Source: Lujinxingia vulgaris (lineage in GTDB: Bacteria; Myxococcota_A; Bradymonadia; Bradymonadales; Bradymonadaceae). From it: 35,596 bases of DNA. The position numbers and the translations under genes were made by a program. Shown here in pieces: positions 17,597 through 27,200 of the stretch. Position 1 is the stretch's first letter, and every line of letters starts with the position of its first letter. A model generated the notes under the pieces. It worked only from the letters and a program-made list of their open reading frames with translations. It was not told where the DNA came from and ran no database searches. The stretch is taken from positions 1 to 35,596 of the forward strand of contig JBEBSM010000001.1 of assembly GCA_040394315.1 (NCBI GenBank), in the 5' to 3' direction.

Positions 17597-18642
17597 TCCC
17601 GGGCCGCGGACGGGTATTGAATGTCGGCTTCGTCACGCAACTTTTTGATCAGGCGTCGGCGCTGTTGTTCGATGGCGTCTTGTGCATGATGTTCGCGTAA
17701 AACATCTTCGACTTCATCAAAATGTCGCATTCCGGCGGAGCGCTTTTGGTGGATCCAGTAAATTTCGATGCCAGCCGACGTAACGATGGGGTTTGTGCGC
17801 TGACCGGGTGGGGTTGTGAAGAGAACATTTTCGATCTGTGGCGTAACCGAGCCTTTTTCAATCCAGCCGAGATAGCCGCCGTCTTTGGATGTGGGATCGT
17901 AGCTCATTGATTTGGCGATCGCTGCGAATTGTTCCGGCGAATGGACGTTTATCAGTGCACGTTCGGCGGTGTTTCGCATATTTTGTTGAACGGCGGCCGA
18001 TGCATCATTGGGAACGCGAATCATGATCGTGGAAGCCTCAACACGTTCGGCTGCTGCGCGACGATTGGCGAGTTGTTCGTAGAGTTTGCGGATGTCGGCT
18101 TCGTCGGTGGTGTTGTCGGCAATGTCGGCCAGGCAGAGTGTTTTGACGGCTAATTCGCTTCGAATACGAGCACGGTATCGGGGGAGATCGAGATCTTGGT
18201 CGTCGAGATAGCTGTTGAGTGCGTGGCTGCTTCCGAAGATCGTCGTGATTCGGCTTTGGATCTCGGAGTCTACGGCGTCATCGGGGATTTTTACTTCACG
18301 TTGTTGAACGTGTTGGTGCAGCAACTCTTTGTCGATGAGTCGATCGATAACTTCGCGCCGCTTTTGGGCTTCGACGCGTGCGTCAAATCGGTTTCTTGAG
18401 TGGCGATAAACTCGCTGGATTTGCGAGAGGCGTCGATCCACTTCTTGCTGTTGGATGGGGACGCCGTTGACGAGTGCGGCAACACTTGAGGAGTTGTCGG
18501 GCACTTCGGATAGGACGGCTTCCGACTTGCTCGCTGGAATTGCCGGTTGCTCGGCATCGCTCTGGCAACCGATCAGCGCGGCGAACAGGCCGAGCATGAT
18601 TCCAAAATAGTTGTAAAATGGCATACCGGGGAGGGTAAACAT
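17593..18642 (-). CDS. SurA/PpiD-like parvulin peptidyl-prolyl isomerase lipoprotein
   Basis: The N-terminus has the lipobox AALIGC. A SurA-N-like helical region is followed by a parvulin segment (SKDGGYLGWIEKGSVTPQIENVLF...GIEIYWI). Confidence 0.78.
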   Translation of the reverse strand: MFTLPGMPFYNYFGIMLGLFAALIGCQSDAEQPAIPASKSEAVLSEVPDNSSSVAALVNGVPIQQQEVDRRLSQIQRVYRHSRNRFDARVEAQKRREVIDRLIDKELLHQHVQQREVKIPDDAVDSEIQSRITTIFGSSHALNSYLDDQDLDLPRYRARIRSELAVKTLCLADIADNTTDEADIRKLYEQLANRRAAAERVEASTIMIRVPNDASAAVQQNMRNTAERALINVHSPEQFAAIAKSMSYDPTSKDGGYLGWIEKGSVTPQIENVLFTTPPGQRTNPIVTSAGIEIYWIHQKRSAGMRHFDEVEDVLREHHAQDAIEQQRRRLIKKLRDEADIQYPSAARE

Positions 18643-19186
18643 AAGAATTCGTGTCTCAAAGCGGCAATGATGAAAAAGTTATGGCGTAGTGTCGTTTCAC
18701 ACTCACAAGAAGCATGAACGAGGCTCATTCCATTCCCGTCTGCCTATTGTCGGTCGGCGACAAAACTGTGGCGAACGGAATTGTGTGCGACGAATCCATG
18801 AGACTCGCTGGCGGGCTTGAGTTCAGAATTTATAGCGTTCTATAATAAGGGAAATGCTCCTTCAATTTTCATAACACGATTGCGTGCGTGTGTTGAGCGG
18901 GATTTGTGCGCGTAGCGTAGTGAAAAAGCACCGGAAATTTTTTAATAAGGGGCATATAATCAAAATATAATTTTCAGGAGAGGTAGGCTTCGTGTGCCGC
19001 AAGGGCGCATGTTTGCAGGTGATTCTGGATGGCAGCCCGGGGGATTGAGAAAAAGATAAAGAATTTTTGGGGGAAATTAGATCCAAGTGCGTGAGTCTCC
19101 GTTTAGGTAGTGTAGGTCATCAAGATACGTGTTGCAGAGCTGGCAGATTAACTTCTTACCCAAAACGTTCGAATCAGGAGAATGTC

Positions 19187-20662
19187 ATGAAATACTTCGG
19201 TCCGGTTTTTATTGTTGTCGCGTTGTTGTTGAGCGCAGCTGTTTATTACAACGCTACTTCGCCCAAAGAACCTGATTTTCAAACGGTGCGCCCGACCGTG
19301 ACAGGGGAACCGGGGAAGACTGCGATGACTTTGACTCCGAATGTGTCTACGGGGCTGCCGGCGGCATCGGCTTCTTCGGCGGGTGTGCTGACGTTGAATG
19401 CGGCGCTGTCGCACGGGTATCTGGCGCTGAACAGCCAGGGCAGTAACCTGTATTCATCGATCGATATTACGGCGGCAGAATTGAAAAACGTGGAACGCCC
19501 GGCGGTGAATGTGGCGCTTGTAATCGATCGCTCCGGTTCGATGGAAGGTCAGCCGATGATCGATGCAAAAAAGGCGGCTCAGAACTTTGTGGAGCGTCTG
19601 GCGAATGGAGATAGTGTTTCGATCGTCAGCTTCTCGGACAGTGTTCGTGTTGATTTTCGGTCGAGTGTGGTGACGAGTGAAAATCGGCAGACGATTCATC
19701 GTTCGATCGAGCAGATGTATGCGGATGGCGGAACGAATATCAGTGGTGGTTTTGAGGCCGGGGTAAATCAGATCTCGCGCTCGTCCAATGATCGGAGCAT
19801 CGATCGCGTAATCTTGCTGACCGATGGCATGCCCAACTACGGCCTGACGTCCACTGAGCAATTGGTAGATATTACTCGCCGCTACCAGCGAGAAGGCGTG
19901 ACGCTGACGGCTATCGGGTTTGGATTGCATTATAATGAAGATCTGATGGCTGCGATGGCGGATGCGGGTGCCGGCAACTACTACTACGCAAAAGATCGCG
20001 AGGCCGTTGCGAGTGCTTTTTCGACAGAATTTCAACAGCTTAACAGTATTGTTGCACGACGGACGCGCTTGCAGGTGGAACTTCGTGAGGGCGTTCGTGT
20101 TGCCGAAGTCTTTGGTTATCCATTTGAGCAAAACGGGCAGGTTGTGGAGATTCCGTTGGCCGAGTTTTATAGCGGTCAAAATAAAACCATTCTGATGCAA
20201 TTGCAGGCTGCGACGCCGGAAATTGGTTCGATGGCGATAGCGGATCTTCGCCTGGATTATGAAGACAGTGTGAAAGAAGAAGGTGTTACGCAGCAGGTTT
20301 CTCTGGCGGCGATTGTTACGGACGATTCTAAGTTGTTGGAAACAATGCTGAATAAGCAGGTTCTTACGCGAGTGGAAGAGGTTCAGATCGCGCGGAGCGT
20401 CCAGGTTGCGATGACGCAGTATAAGGAAGGAAAGGCGGACGAAGCCAAGAAGACGTTGCGTGGGCAGAATCAAAAGACGCAGGCTGCGCGTAAACGATAT
20501 GCGTTGCCGAAAGCCAAGTTTGAGGAGGCTTCGGCCGAAATCGAAAGCAATATCGTTCTTTTTGACAGCGTACCGGCGTCCGCACCGGCAGCTCTCGACG
20601 GGATGAAGAAGAGCAAGGCGTCGGGTCGTAGCGTGAGTAAGTCGGCTGCAGCAGCCTGGTAA
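19187..20662 (+). CDS. Membrane-anchored von Willebrand factor A domain protein
   Basis: AGGAG at 19176-19180 precedes the ATG at 19187. TM anchor FGPVFIVVALLLSAAVYY. The MIDAS motif is DRSGSMEG ... DGGTNI ... LLTDGMPN, followed by a long C-terminal extension. The ORF track start at 19067 is unlikely. Confidence 0.85.
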   Translation: MKYFGPVFIVVALLLSAAVYYNATSPKEPDFQTVRPTVTGEPGKTAMTLTPNVSTGLPAASASSAGVLTLNAALSHGYLALNSQGSNLYSSIDITAAELKNVERPAVNVALVIDRSGSMEGQPMIDAKKAAQNFVERLANGDSVSIVSFSDSVRVDFRSSVVTSENRQTIHRSIEQMYADGGTNISGGFEAGVNQISRSSNDRSIDRVILLTDGMPNYGLTSTEQLVDITRRYQREGVTLTAIGFGLHYNEDLMAAMADAGAGNYYYAKDREAVASAFSTEFQQLNSIVARRTRLQVELREGVRVAEVFGYPFEQNGQVVEIPLAEFYSGQNKTILMQLQAATPEIGSMAIADLRLDYEDSVKEEGVTQQVSLAAIVTDDSKLLETMLNKQVLTRVEEVQIARSVQVAMTQYKEGKADEAKKTLRGQNQKTQAARKRYALPKAKFEEASAEIESNIVLFDSVPASAPAALDGMKKSKASGRSVSKSAAAAW

Positions 20663-20682
20663 TTCGGTGGTTTGAAGACGGT

Positions 20683-20718
20683 AGCGACCGGTGATCTGTT
20701 GTAGATTCACCGGTCGCT
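20683..20718 (+). terminator. Perfect 12-bp hairpin downstream of the VWA gene (possible terminator, no U-tract)
   Basis: AGCGACCGGTGA-12 nt loop-TCACCGGTCGCT. Confidence 0.4.
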
Positions 20719-20770
20719 GCTTCATGGGTCGAAGATGAATTTTTGCGATTGAACGAGTCAAAATCTACGA

Positions 20771-22048
20771 ATGCGCACGATGAATGATGCGCTTGTAATC
20801 ACTGAGAGATTTGCCATGAGCCTGAATATTGTCGATGAACGTGCGTTGTCCAGAGAGATGTTTGTGCTGGGTCTGGGCGGTGTGACGGCAGGTTTGACGG
20901 CGGGCGGGCTGAGTTTGATTACGGGCGAATATGTTGCGCAGTTGATGGTTTTGACGTTTGCCGCGGTTGTCGGATTGTTTGCAAATTATACGGAACGCCT
21001 TCGAGAACGCGGACATTTTCGGCTCGGGATTTCGGTGCTGGCGGGCATTGTGTGGGCATTGCTTTTGCCGCTAGGCGCGGTGTGGGCCGGTGCGGCGGGC
21101 GGTGCGATGTTGGGCGCAGCGCTTTACGGCACGAGCGCCGAGACGAAGAAAACCAGCGGGCTGCTCAGGGTAGCGGTTTCTGGATTGTACGGCCTGGCGT
21201 TGGGATTGGCGGTATTTACGACGGAAACATTTGTGGCACACGGATTTTTGAGTGGGTGGATGGATACGTTCGTGCCAGAAATCGTGATGGGAGCGACCTG
21301 GGGAACGTTTTTGTGTGCAGCGGCTATGATTCCACACATCGAGATTAAGCGTGATCTGATCGTCGACGATTATAAAACGGCGATTTCTGAGGTTGGTCTG
21401 GCGGATAGAACGATATTGGCGCAGGGCCTGGGTGTTTATAGCAGGCTTCGGGAAGAATTTGATCGAAGTGAAGATCGCGTATTTGTGGAGGCGGCGATAC
21501 CGATTGCGGAGGATGTCGCGCGGAATCTTCTGGTGTTGGCACGGCGAACCGATGCGTTGCGACGGGCGAATGTGGCGGATGATTTTATTCATCTGGAAGC
21601 ACGCATTGCGCGAACGGTCGAACAACTGGCGCAGGCTGAAGACGATGCGTTGCGTCGTGAGCTGTGCGGCGTTCGTGATGAACTCGCAGCACAGCTTGGC
21701 GCCCGAAAAGAGTTGCGTGCGACCTGTGCGCGGTTTGAGGCGCGGCAGAGTCGCTGCATCACCGCGTTGGAGCGATTGCAGGTGGCGCTGGTTCAAAACA
21801 GTAGTCTGGGTGTCGAGCACGTGGACATGATGGGGGCGCTGAATAGCTTGCAGGATCTGGCGGAAGAAATTCGGTGGCGTGGGGGATGGGAAATTCAGGA
21901 TGGGGCTGGTGAGCTGGCCGATGTTTCGGAAGTAGAGGCGGTGTTGGTGGAGGATCCGGCGGTTCTGGCGGGTGTTGAGGAAGACGTTGTGATCGATGAT
22001 GTAGCCGAAGATGCACCGCATAATATTTCGTCAAATCAGGCGAGTTGA
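20771..22048 (+). CDS. Hypothetical multi-pass membrane protein with coiled-coil and acidic C-terminal half
   Basis: The N-terminal ~190 aa contain several hydrophobic G/A-rich helices. The C-terminal half is A/R/E/L-rich and helical, with an acidic tail. I recognise no family. Confidence 0.6.
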   Translation: MRTMNDALVITERFAMSLNIVDERALSREMFVLGLGGVTAGLTAGGLSLITGEYVAQLMVLTFAAVVGLFANYTERLRERGHFRLGISVLAGIVWALLLPLGAVWAGAAGGAMLGAALYGTSAETKKTSGLLRVAVSGLYGLALGLAVFTTETFVAHGFLSGWMDTFVPEIVMGATWGTFLCAAAMIPHIEIKRDLIVDDYKTAISEVGLADRTILAQGLGVYSRLREEFDRSEDRVFVEAAIPIAEDVARNLLVLARRTDALRRANVADDFIHLEARIARTVEQLAQAEDDALRRELCGVRDELAAQLGARKELRATCARFEARQSRCITALERLQVALVQNSSLGVEHVDMMGALNSLQDLAEEIRWRGGWEIQDGAGELADVSEVEAVLVEDPAVLAGVEEDVVIDDVAEDAPHNISSNQAS

Positions 22049-22298
22049 AAATTTGAAATGCCCCGGGGCGGAGGGGGCGAATCGTGTGTGATGGTGCGGT
22101 GATCCGGCGGTGGCATGCTAGATCGCCGGTGGGGAAATGAGTGGTTTTGGGGGCCGCTTATTTGGGTGATTTGGATGGCGTGCTTGACGGAATGTTGATT
22201 GATACGCACCTTGTAGTCACACGTATCAGGAATGAATCCTGCGGGTGTAGGGATGCCTGCGGATTCGCCAGCGAACGGACTACTTTAGGAGCAAATGG

Positions 22299-23189
22299 AT
22301 GCTGAATCAGGCTGGTAATAAGTCAGAACACCGAAATAACAATCTTGCGGCGCCACTTATCTGTGAAATCCACACCCATTCAACGGTCAGCGACGGCGTT
22401 TTCTCGCCGGTGGCGTTGGCCGATTTTTTGAAGGAATGTGGTGTGCAACTGTGGGCACTTACCGATCACGATACGGCAGAGGGGTGTGCAGAAGCGGCGG
22501 TTGCAGCGGTTGAGCGTGGTATTCAGTTCATCCCGGGTATTGAAATCAGTGCGCAGCAAGACGGGCAGTCGATCCATGTTCTGGGATACGGTTTTGATCC
22601 GCAACATCCCGAAATTATTGCCTACGGGGAGCGAATGGGGCTCGCGCGTGCGCAGCGAATGGAGACGATGCGTGAGCGGATCTGTGAGCTTGGGTTTGCG
22701 ATTACGGCGCAGGAAGTTATGTCGTTTTCGGAGCGCGGTGTGTTGGGGCGCCCACATATTGCGCGGGCGATGTTGATGCATGGTTATGTCGAGACCGTTC
22801 AGCAGGCTTTTGATCTGTATCTGGCCGATGGCAAGCCAGCGTATGTTGGGATGGATTGGATAGGAGTGGACCAGGCAATCCAATTATTGCAGGCGGCCGG
22901 TGGGCTGGTCGTGTTGGCGCACCCTTCGCGCTACGAGCTGGATAACCATCTGGAGCGCTGGGTTTCTGCCGGTCTGGCGGGATTGGAAGTGCGTCATCCG
23001 TCGCATTACTTGATGGATGAAGCGCGGCTCGGGGCCTTGTGCGACGAATATGGTCTGTTGAAGACGGCGAGCAGTGATTTTCACGGGAGTGAAGCGCCGG
23101 TGGGTGAGTTGCGGGAGTTTTGCGGGCGCGTGAACTTTCCGCCGGTCTGGCAGGATGCGTTTTTGGATGCTTTGCGGGCGCGTGCGTGA
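22299..23189 (+). CDS. PHP-domain phosphoesterase (TrpH/YciV, RNase AM-like)
   Basis: CEIHTHSTVSDG, ALTDHDT, IHVLGYG, LAHP and SSDFHG form the PHP metal-ligand pattern, at a typical ~295 aa length. An AGGAG Shine-Dalgarno is present. Confidence 0.88.
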   Translation: MLNQAGNKSEHRNNNLAAPLICEIHTHSTVSDGVFSPVALADFLKECGVQLWALTDHDTAEGCAEAAVAAVERGIQFIPGIEISAQQDGQSIHVLGYGFDPQHPEIIAYGERMGLARAQRMETMRERICELGFAITAQEVMSFSERGVLGRPHIARAMLMHGYVETVQQAFDLYLADGKPAYVGMDWIGVDQAIQLLQAAGGLVVLAHPSRYELDNHLERWVSAGLAGLEVRHPSHYLMDEARLGALCDEYGLLKTASSDFHGSEAPVGELREFCGRVNFPPVWQDAFLDALRARA

Positions 23190-23194
23190 CGTGG

Positions 23195-23530
23195 ATGTAC
23201 GAGGAGCGTTCGGCCGCGAACCTTGTCGGCGTTGGATATTTTGAGAATACCGCCAAATTCGGCTTCCGGGGTGCCCGGAAGACACTTTTCATTTCGCAAA
23301 GTCCTTTCCGAGGTGCTCGGAAGGTGTTTTACGTTATCCGAGAGGTGTCCGAAGTGCCTGGTCGATGTTTGCGAAATCAAAAGTGCCTGCCGAAGCGCTC
23401 GGCAGGTCTTGGAACTGGCCCCAGGTGCCTGCCGAAGTGCTCGGAAGACACTTTTCATTTTGCAAAGTCCTTTCCGGGCAGATTCTATGCGGAGATCGCG
23501 AGGTTGTGAGCGGTTTTGGGATGCCAAAAA
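23195..23530. repeat. Cluster of short direct repeats and hairpins in a convergent intergenic gap
   Basis: GTGCyCGGAAGACACTTTTCATTTyGCAAAGTCCTTTCCG occurs at about 23271-23310 and about 23437-23476. GTGCCTGCCGAAGyGCTCGG occurs at about 23383 and about 23424. There is a perfect hairpin CCTGCCGA-AGCGC-TCGGCAGG at 23386-23406. Confidence 0.7.
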
Positions 23531-23570
23531 ACACTGGCGTGGTGCGCAGGCGGGTTGACGCTAAAAATGT

Positions 23571-24224
23571 CTAGTTTTTATCAGTCGTCGGAGCGCTGGT
23601 GGGTTCAATAGTCGCGTCGGTAGAAAATACCGCGATCCATTGTTCGCCGGGCGATAGCAGGGTGTTTCCATCCTGGTTCGCTGAATTCGGTGGCTGAAAT
23701 ACATGCAGCAGGTGAATTCCGGGGCGTGCGATCGCGAGAACTTCGGTGGGGATATTGTCGTCGCCGGAAAGCAAACGGACGTGCACTCTGCGATTTGCTG
23801 GTAGTGGCAGCGCTTTTAACGAAGCCAGCTCGTATTTAATAAACGCCGCTGCCGACACCTCGCCTTTTTTTCCGACCTGAAAACGGATTTCGGGTGAATG
23901 TCCGTTTGGGGAATCAAACTCGACTTCGAATTGAAGGCCAGCGAGCATACGCGCGATCATTTCTCGGCTTGCCAGAATTGCTTCGTGATCCTCGATTTTT
24001 CCGTCGCCATTGAGATCATAGCGTGCCATCAGGAGATCGGAGCGCGGGCCGGGGACTTCTTCGTAGACGACCATGATTGACAACGAAGCGTCGTCTACTT
24101 CTGCGACGACGCTTCGTTGTGGTTCAAGCTCATGCGCGCTTACTGAGCCGGGTGCAGACCATAGCACCAGGCTCAGTAGCAGGATCATCCACGTAGATTT
24201 TGGCGTGTGGATTCGGTGGTTCAA
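23571..24224 (-). CDS. Secreted protein with a canonical EF-hand calcium-binding loop
   Basis: A TTG start overlaps the upstream stop (TTGA); an alternative ATG lies at 24188. Signal peptide ...LLLSLVLWSAPGSVSA. DLNGDGKIEDHE (23982-24017) fits the 12-residue EF-hand loop DxNxDGxIxxxE. Confidence 0.65.
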   Translation of the reverse strand: MNHRIHTPKSTWMILLLSLVLWSAPGSVSAHELEPQRSVVAEVDDASLSIMVVYEEVPGPRSDLLMARYDLNGDGKIEDHEAILASREMIARMLAGLQFEVEFDSPNGHSPEIRFQVGKKGEVSAAAFIKYELASLKALPLPANRRVHVRLLSGDDNIPTEVLAIARPGIHLLHVFQPPNSANQDGNTLLSPGEQWIAVFSTDATIEPTSAPTTDKN

Positions 24225-27200
24225 TGGGCGTGTCCTCCCCAGTGTTCAAAGAGCATGCGCAGGTCACGAACTTCGCCGGATTGACGAAGTTTGATTCCGT
24301 CGTCGTGCACGAGGTTTGGAACATTGACGGCGTCGAGTCGTTTGCCGACGTGTTCAAAGTGTCCTGGCAAAAGCAGGGCGGCTGGCTCAAAGGCACCTGC
24401 GCGACTGGTTGCATGTGGAGGCGAGTGTGGAACAAATTCGGTACGCGTGCCTGCGGGATCGAGAACAATCCAGATTGGATTGGTGACGGCAAACGGCGTG
24501 ACATAAAATTTGTCGTTTGGTTTCAAGCCGGGAACACCGCCGCCCAGTCCGAAGGTGGAGGAGAGTGAGCCGACGGCTGCATCGATGTTGGTGCGGCCCT
24601 GATCGTCGGGGGTGATGACGGGAAACAGGTTTTTGTCGCCGGTGACTTCAACGACAAACCAGGTGTCACCGCTGATATCGACGGTAATGGTTTCTTCCCA
24701 GGCGTAATCTTTGAGTTGGATTGCGCCTTCACGAACGGTTTCGCCATTGGCGATCAGGCGATAGTTGAATTTGTCGCCAACCCAGCCTGCTGCCTGCGTG
24801 CGAAGCGTGACGGCAACCTTGTTTTCCTTGGTTGTAATCATGCTTCCGAGCGGCTTGCTGTTGATTTCCATGTTGATGAACGGTCCGTTGGTCACAATCA
24901 TGTTGTGATTTTGGATCGCATCGACGAGCTGGAGATCGGTGAGTTTTTCGACGTTGTTATGGCCAACGTAAAAGTAGTTTCGAGGATAGCCGGGCTCAGA
25001 ATCTCCGGGTGAAGCCGCATCGTGGCTGTCGGAGTTTCCGGACACGGCGTACCGGCGATAGGTGCCGTCGGGACGTGGGTAATTGAGTGTGTTGTACCAG
25101 TCGTCCAGGCCACCGGGGAAAGCGATCTTGTTGTTATCGCAGAGGATGGTGCCTTTGGGTGGAAGTGCTGCGAACTCTGCGTCGAGTTTTTCTTGTTCGG
25201 CCGGATCGTCACTTTTGAAGTACGCGAGTGTTTCCGGGGGAAGCTCGTCGGTATTGTAGGGCATGCGGAAGTGATGCAACATTTCCAGGCGCTTGCCGTT
25301 AAATGCTTCGATCACGTCAAAATCCCAGCTGAAGGTTGAGCATGGTTTTTTGGGATCGTCATCGCATGGTTTGATGAATCCCGGACCCGATGGCGTGGTA
25401 ACCGTAGCCATGAGTGTGTCCGTGCCTGGCTCGGTTGTCTTAAATGTGAGGTCTGCGCGACTGGTGAATCCGTCGACGTTGTGTTGGCTGAAGTAGCCAA
25501 GCAGGGAGTCGCGGGGATGGTTGACCTGAACGATGGTTTTGTCGGGACCGTAGGCTCCATTTTCGCGCAGGGTATCGAAGAGCTCTTGTGGCGGACGTTC
25601 CTGCCATTGCATCGATCCGCGGTTCATCGAGGAGATATCGCGTTTGAGTGGGAATCCGTTGAAGTGGCCGCCTTCAAAAGTGGTCAATTCCAGTCCGATC
25701 ACGGATTTTAGCCATGGTTTGAGCTGATTGCTCAAAATATAGGGTTCATAATCCGAGATATAGTTGTGATCGGTGGCAACGACGAGGTCAAGGCCTTCGG
25801 CTGCAATGCTGATGACGCGTGTATTGTAGTCGAGTCCGGAGTCGATCGAGCCCAGGGCGTGCAGGTGGAAGTCTCCACTCATATAGCCGATTGGTTTGAC
25901 CGAGCGTCGCAGTGTGGCCGAAATGGTTGCGACCGCACCGGGTTTGATTTCGATTTCGTGGCTATCCAGTTCGTATTCGGTGCCGCGGCTAAAATAAACC
26001 GTGTATTTGCCGGGCGGTACGCGGGTGAGCGCTTTGCCTGCTGCGTCAGAAAACGCGACGGTTTCGACGAATCGTCGTGGGGACAGATCGCTGTCGTCAT
26101 AGTCCGTGTCGACGAACTCGCCGGTGCGCCAGGATTCGCCAGCGGCCAGGTCAAACAGGTATTCGTTGGGCTTTTTGCCGGCCTGGGGAATGTAGGATCC
26201 GACGACGGTCATTTTTGCCGGAATTGGCTGGCCGCTTGTATCGAAGACAGATGCCTGGATTCGTCCGGCGCCTCTGGCAACGGGGCTGATATGGGTGTCG
26301 CCGCTGACGTTCATCGGCATGGCGTCACTGGTTGGTCGGCCAGAGCCAGCGACGCGGTAGCAATAATCTCCGGATTCCAGACGGAACTGAAAGTTACCGG
26401 ATGCATCGGTGAGCGCCTGGCTAAATGGGTGTGCAGCGGACGGTGTGTTGCCAAGCGTTTTGCAGGTTTTGTCCTGAGCTGCGTTGTAGATGAGTACATT
26501 GAGTTTTTCGGTCGCGAAGGTTCCGCTGGCCTGATCGATGACGCGGCCCTGGACCAGGTGTGTTTCCTGGTTTTTTAACCGATAATGTTCGTCACGAATG
26601 CTTGCGACGTCGCCGTCACCGATGATGAAGTAGTTGGTGAAGGTGTAACTGTTCGGTAATTTTCCGCGCAGTGTGAGACAGCTATCGTAATATTGAAGGC
26701 ATGCCGTGTTTTGTTTTTCGCAAAAATTGGGCGTTGCTTCGGGTGATTCGCATTGTGATGCGATTTCGCCACAGCGATCGGCTGCCGATTTGCCTTCAAC
26801 ACAGTAGGAAGGGGCGAGTTCGGTTGGCAATTCTGAGGTGAAGGCTGCGGCAAATCCACTTGCGTAAAAGAGCAGTAGCATGTCGTCCGGTTGGACGTTT
26901 TCGCCGTAGTAGTCTTTTTTGCGGTAGATGAAGTTTGAATCTGGATCCGGCGCGCTGGCGAATCCGTAGCTCAGGCCGTCACCGTTGGTGGTGGCCAAAA
27001 GATTGGTGATGTGGCCGGGCAGCGCGGGCAGTTCGAGTGGTTTTTGGTAGACGGCTTCGAGGCCAAACCGCAGATCGAAACCGATGCCGGGCGCGAAGAG
27101 TTTGTTGCGCGCGCCAAATCCGATGACATGTCCTGCGGGAATGGTGAAGCTTGAGAAATCGATGCCTGTAAAGCCCTGGAGAGCGCCGGCTATCTGCTTG

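Noticed and set aside
19454-20761. 435-aa minus-strand ORF
   Set aside because: It is antisense to the VWA gene, which has clear MIDAS motifs. Its R/L/H/I-rich translation is typical of a shadow ORF.
21071-22021. 316-aa minus-strand ORF and the nested plus-strand ORFs at 21052-21348 and 21393-21830
   Set aside because: They overlap the 425-aa membrane protein ORF, which has coherent TM and coiled-coil organisation. The alternatives are arginine-rich and low-complexity.
23081-23574. Six ORFs of 66-148 aa, four on the plus strand and two on the minus, in the hairpin-repeat gap
   Set aside because: They are mutually overlapping in several frames, owe their length to the repeat units, and have no start signals. 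The region is better explained as non-coding repeats.
25766-26578. 270-aa plus-strand ORF
   Set aside because: It is antisense to the 1226-aa lipoprotein gene.
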